This document shows positions 63,346 through 64,000 of a DNA stretch of 64,000 nt, piece by piece. Origin of the DNA: Acholeplasmataceae bacterium (GTDB taxonomy: Bacteria > Bacillota_I > Bacilli_A > Acholeplasmatales > Acholeplasmataceae); NCBI GenBank assembly GCA_963675245.1, contig OY775910.1, positions 1,536,001 through 1,600,000 of the forward strand, read 5' to 3'. The notes beneath the pieces are model-generated. The model had not been told where the DNA came from. It ran no database searches and saw nothing but the letters and a program-made list of their open reading frames with translations. Position 1 is the stretch's first letter, and each line of letters opens with the position of its first letter. The position numbers were made by a program, and so were the translations under genes.

Positions 63346-63446
63346 TGTCTTGTCATTACGGAGTTTTACTCTAAAATCACTCGTGTTCGACGGAGTTTTA
63401 CTCTGTTTCCAACGGAGTTTTACTCATTTTCGGATGGAGTTGCTTT
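63346..63446 (+). mobile_element. Transposon-like terminal sequence 2 (TGT end plus repeated 14-bp sites)
   Basis: TGTCTTGTCATTACGGA at 63346; ACGGAGTTTTACTC at 63358, 63390 and 63412, and a degenerate copy at 63434. Confidence 0.7.
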
Positions 63447-63475
63447 TTGTCTAAGGTATTGAGGGCTAATACAAT

Positions 63476-63580
63476 TTTAGCACCCCGACCTTTAAATCGT
63501 GTAAATATTTTAGCACCCTAGTGTTATATCGTGCAATTTTTTAGCACCCTTGCGTCAAATCGTGTAAAAGTTTAGCACCC
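63476..63580. repeat. 31-33-bp period direct-repeat array (iteron-like)
   Basis: TTTAGCACCC at 63476, 63509, 63540 and 63571; ATCGTGYAA at 63496, 63528 and 63559. Confidence 0.85.
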
Positions 63581-63676
63581 CTAAATTATGGCTTAATGAA
63601 GCTGTTTTTATTAGAGACTTGTTAAAAAAACATAGCCTTAAATTGAATAAACTCTAATAAGTTAGTATAATTTAAG

Positions 63677-64000
63677 TTAATTATTTATTTTATAGTTATA
63701 TTTGAGTACCCTCATTGCATTTAGTACTGCTAATAATGATACTCCGACATCAGCAATCACGGCTTCCCACATAGTTGCAATTCCGATAGCTCCTAAGGCT
63801 AAAAACAGGAATTTAACTCCTAATGCGAAGTATATATTTTGCCAAACAATCTTTCTGGTTCTCTTTGCCACAAAGACCGCAGTACCTATCTTAGAAGGTT
63901 CATCATTCATAATCACGACATCAGCTACATCGATGGCTGCATCGGCACCGAGTCCACCCATAGCAATTCCAATATCAGCTCTCGCTAATACTGGTGTATC
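63677..64000 (-). CDS. cadA: Heavy-metal-translocating P1B-type ATPase (Cd/Zn/Pb type), C-terminal part
   Basis: Frame is open to the window end: DTPVLARADIGIAMGGLGADAAIDVADVV...WQNI...ADVGV...LNAMR. Confidence 0.9.
   Translation of the reverse strand, partial: DTPVLARADIGIAMGGLGADAAIDVADVVIMNDEPSKIGTAVFVAKRTRKIVWQNIYFALGVKFLFLALGAIGIATMWEAVIADVGVSLLAVLNAMRVLKYNYKINN

Larger units (their letters stand above)
60020..64000. mobile_element. Edge of a decayed genomic island with heavy-metal-resistance cargo (extends beyond the window)
   Basis: rlmD tail at the border, abrupt drop in coding density, gene fragments, transposon-like ends, and cadA, lspA and DUF302 cargo. Confidence 0.7.

Noticed and set aside
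63358..63580. Possible mini CRISPR array
   Set aside because: Repeats are only 10-23 bp with linkers of 8-18 nt, far shorter than spacers, and no cas genes are present.

Overview
AT-rich chromosomal segment using the standard genetic code (TGA is a stop, Trp is TGG). Gene content and order (tig-lon with a CIRCE and no clpPX between them, many lipoproteins, rplU-prp-rpmA-obg) suggest a wall-less Acholeplasmatales/Izemoplasmatales-type Mollicute; this is an inference. From left to right: (1) an operon for a NuoE/NuoF-coupled, probably electron-bifurcating [FeFe]-hydrogenase, interleaved with DRTGG/kinase/PHP genes and coupled to an ABC importer that lacks its ATPase; (2) housekeeping genes (obg, rpmA, prp, rplU with L21 leader, lgt, a BMP nucleoside ABC transporter, radC, folC, valS under a Val T-box that also covers a GNAT gene, HtrA-like protease, DegV, engB, lon, tig); (3) surface-polysaccharide genes (capD-glmS-glmM-glmU-cpsC-cpsD, Wzz-like, Wzy/O-antigen-ligase-like); (4) a candidate ~100-nt sRNA with its own promoter and a C8 loop; (5) an SRAP/Y-family polymerase/YolD cassette; (6) a tightly coupled DAK2-DegV/DUF1295/class II photolyase/DUF2177/GH28 operon; (7) from ~60 kb, the edge of a decayed heavy-metal-resistance island that appears to have integrated at the 3' end of rlmD. 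The island holds two TGT-initiated transposon-like ends with 22-23 bp repeats, a 31-bp iteron-like array and a duplicated cadA tail. All calls come from reading motifs by eye; no database searches were run.
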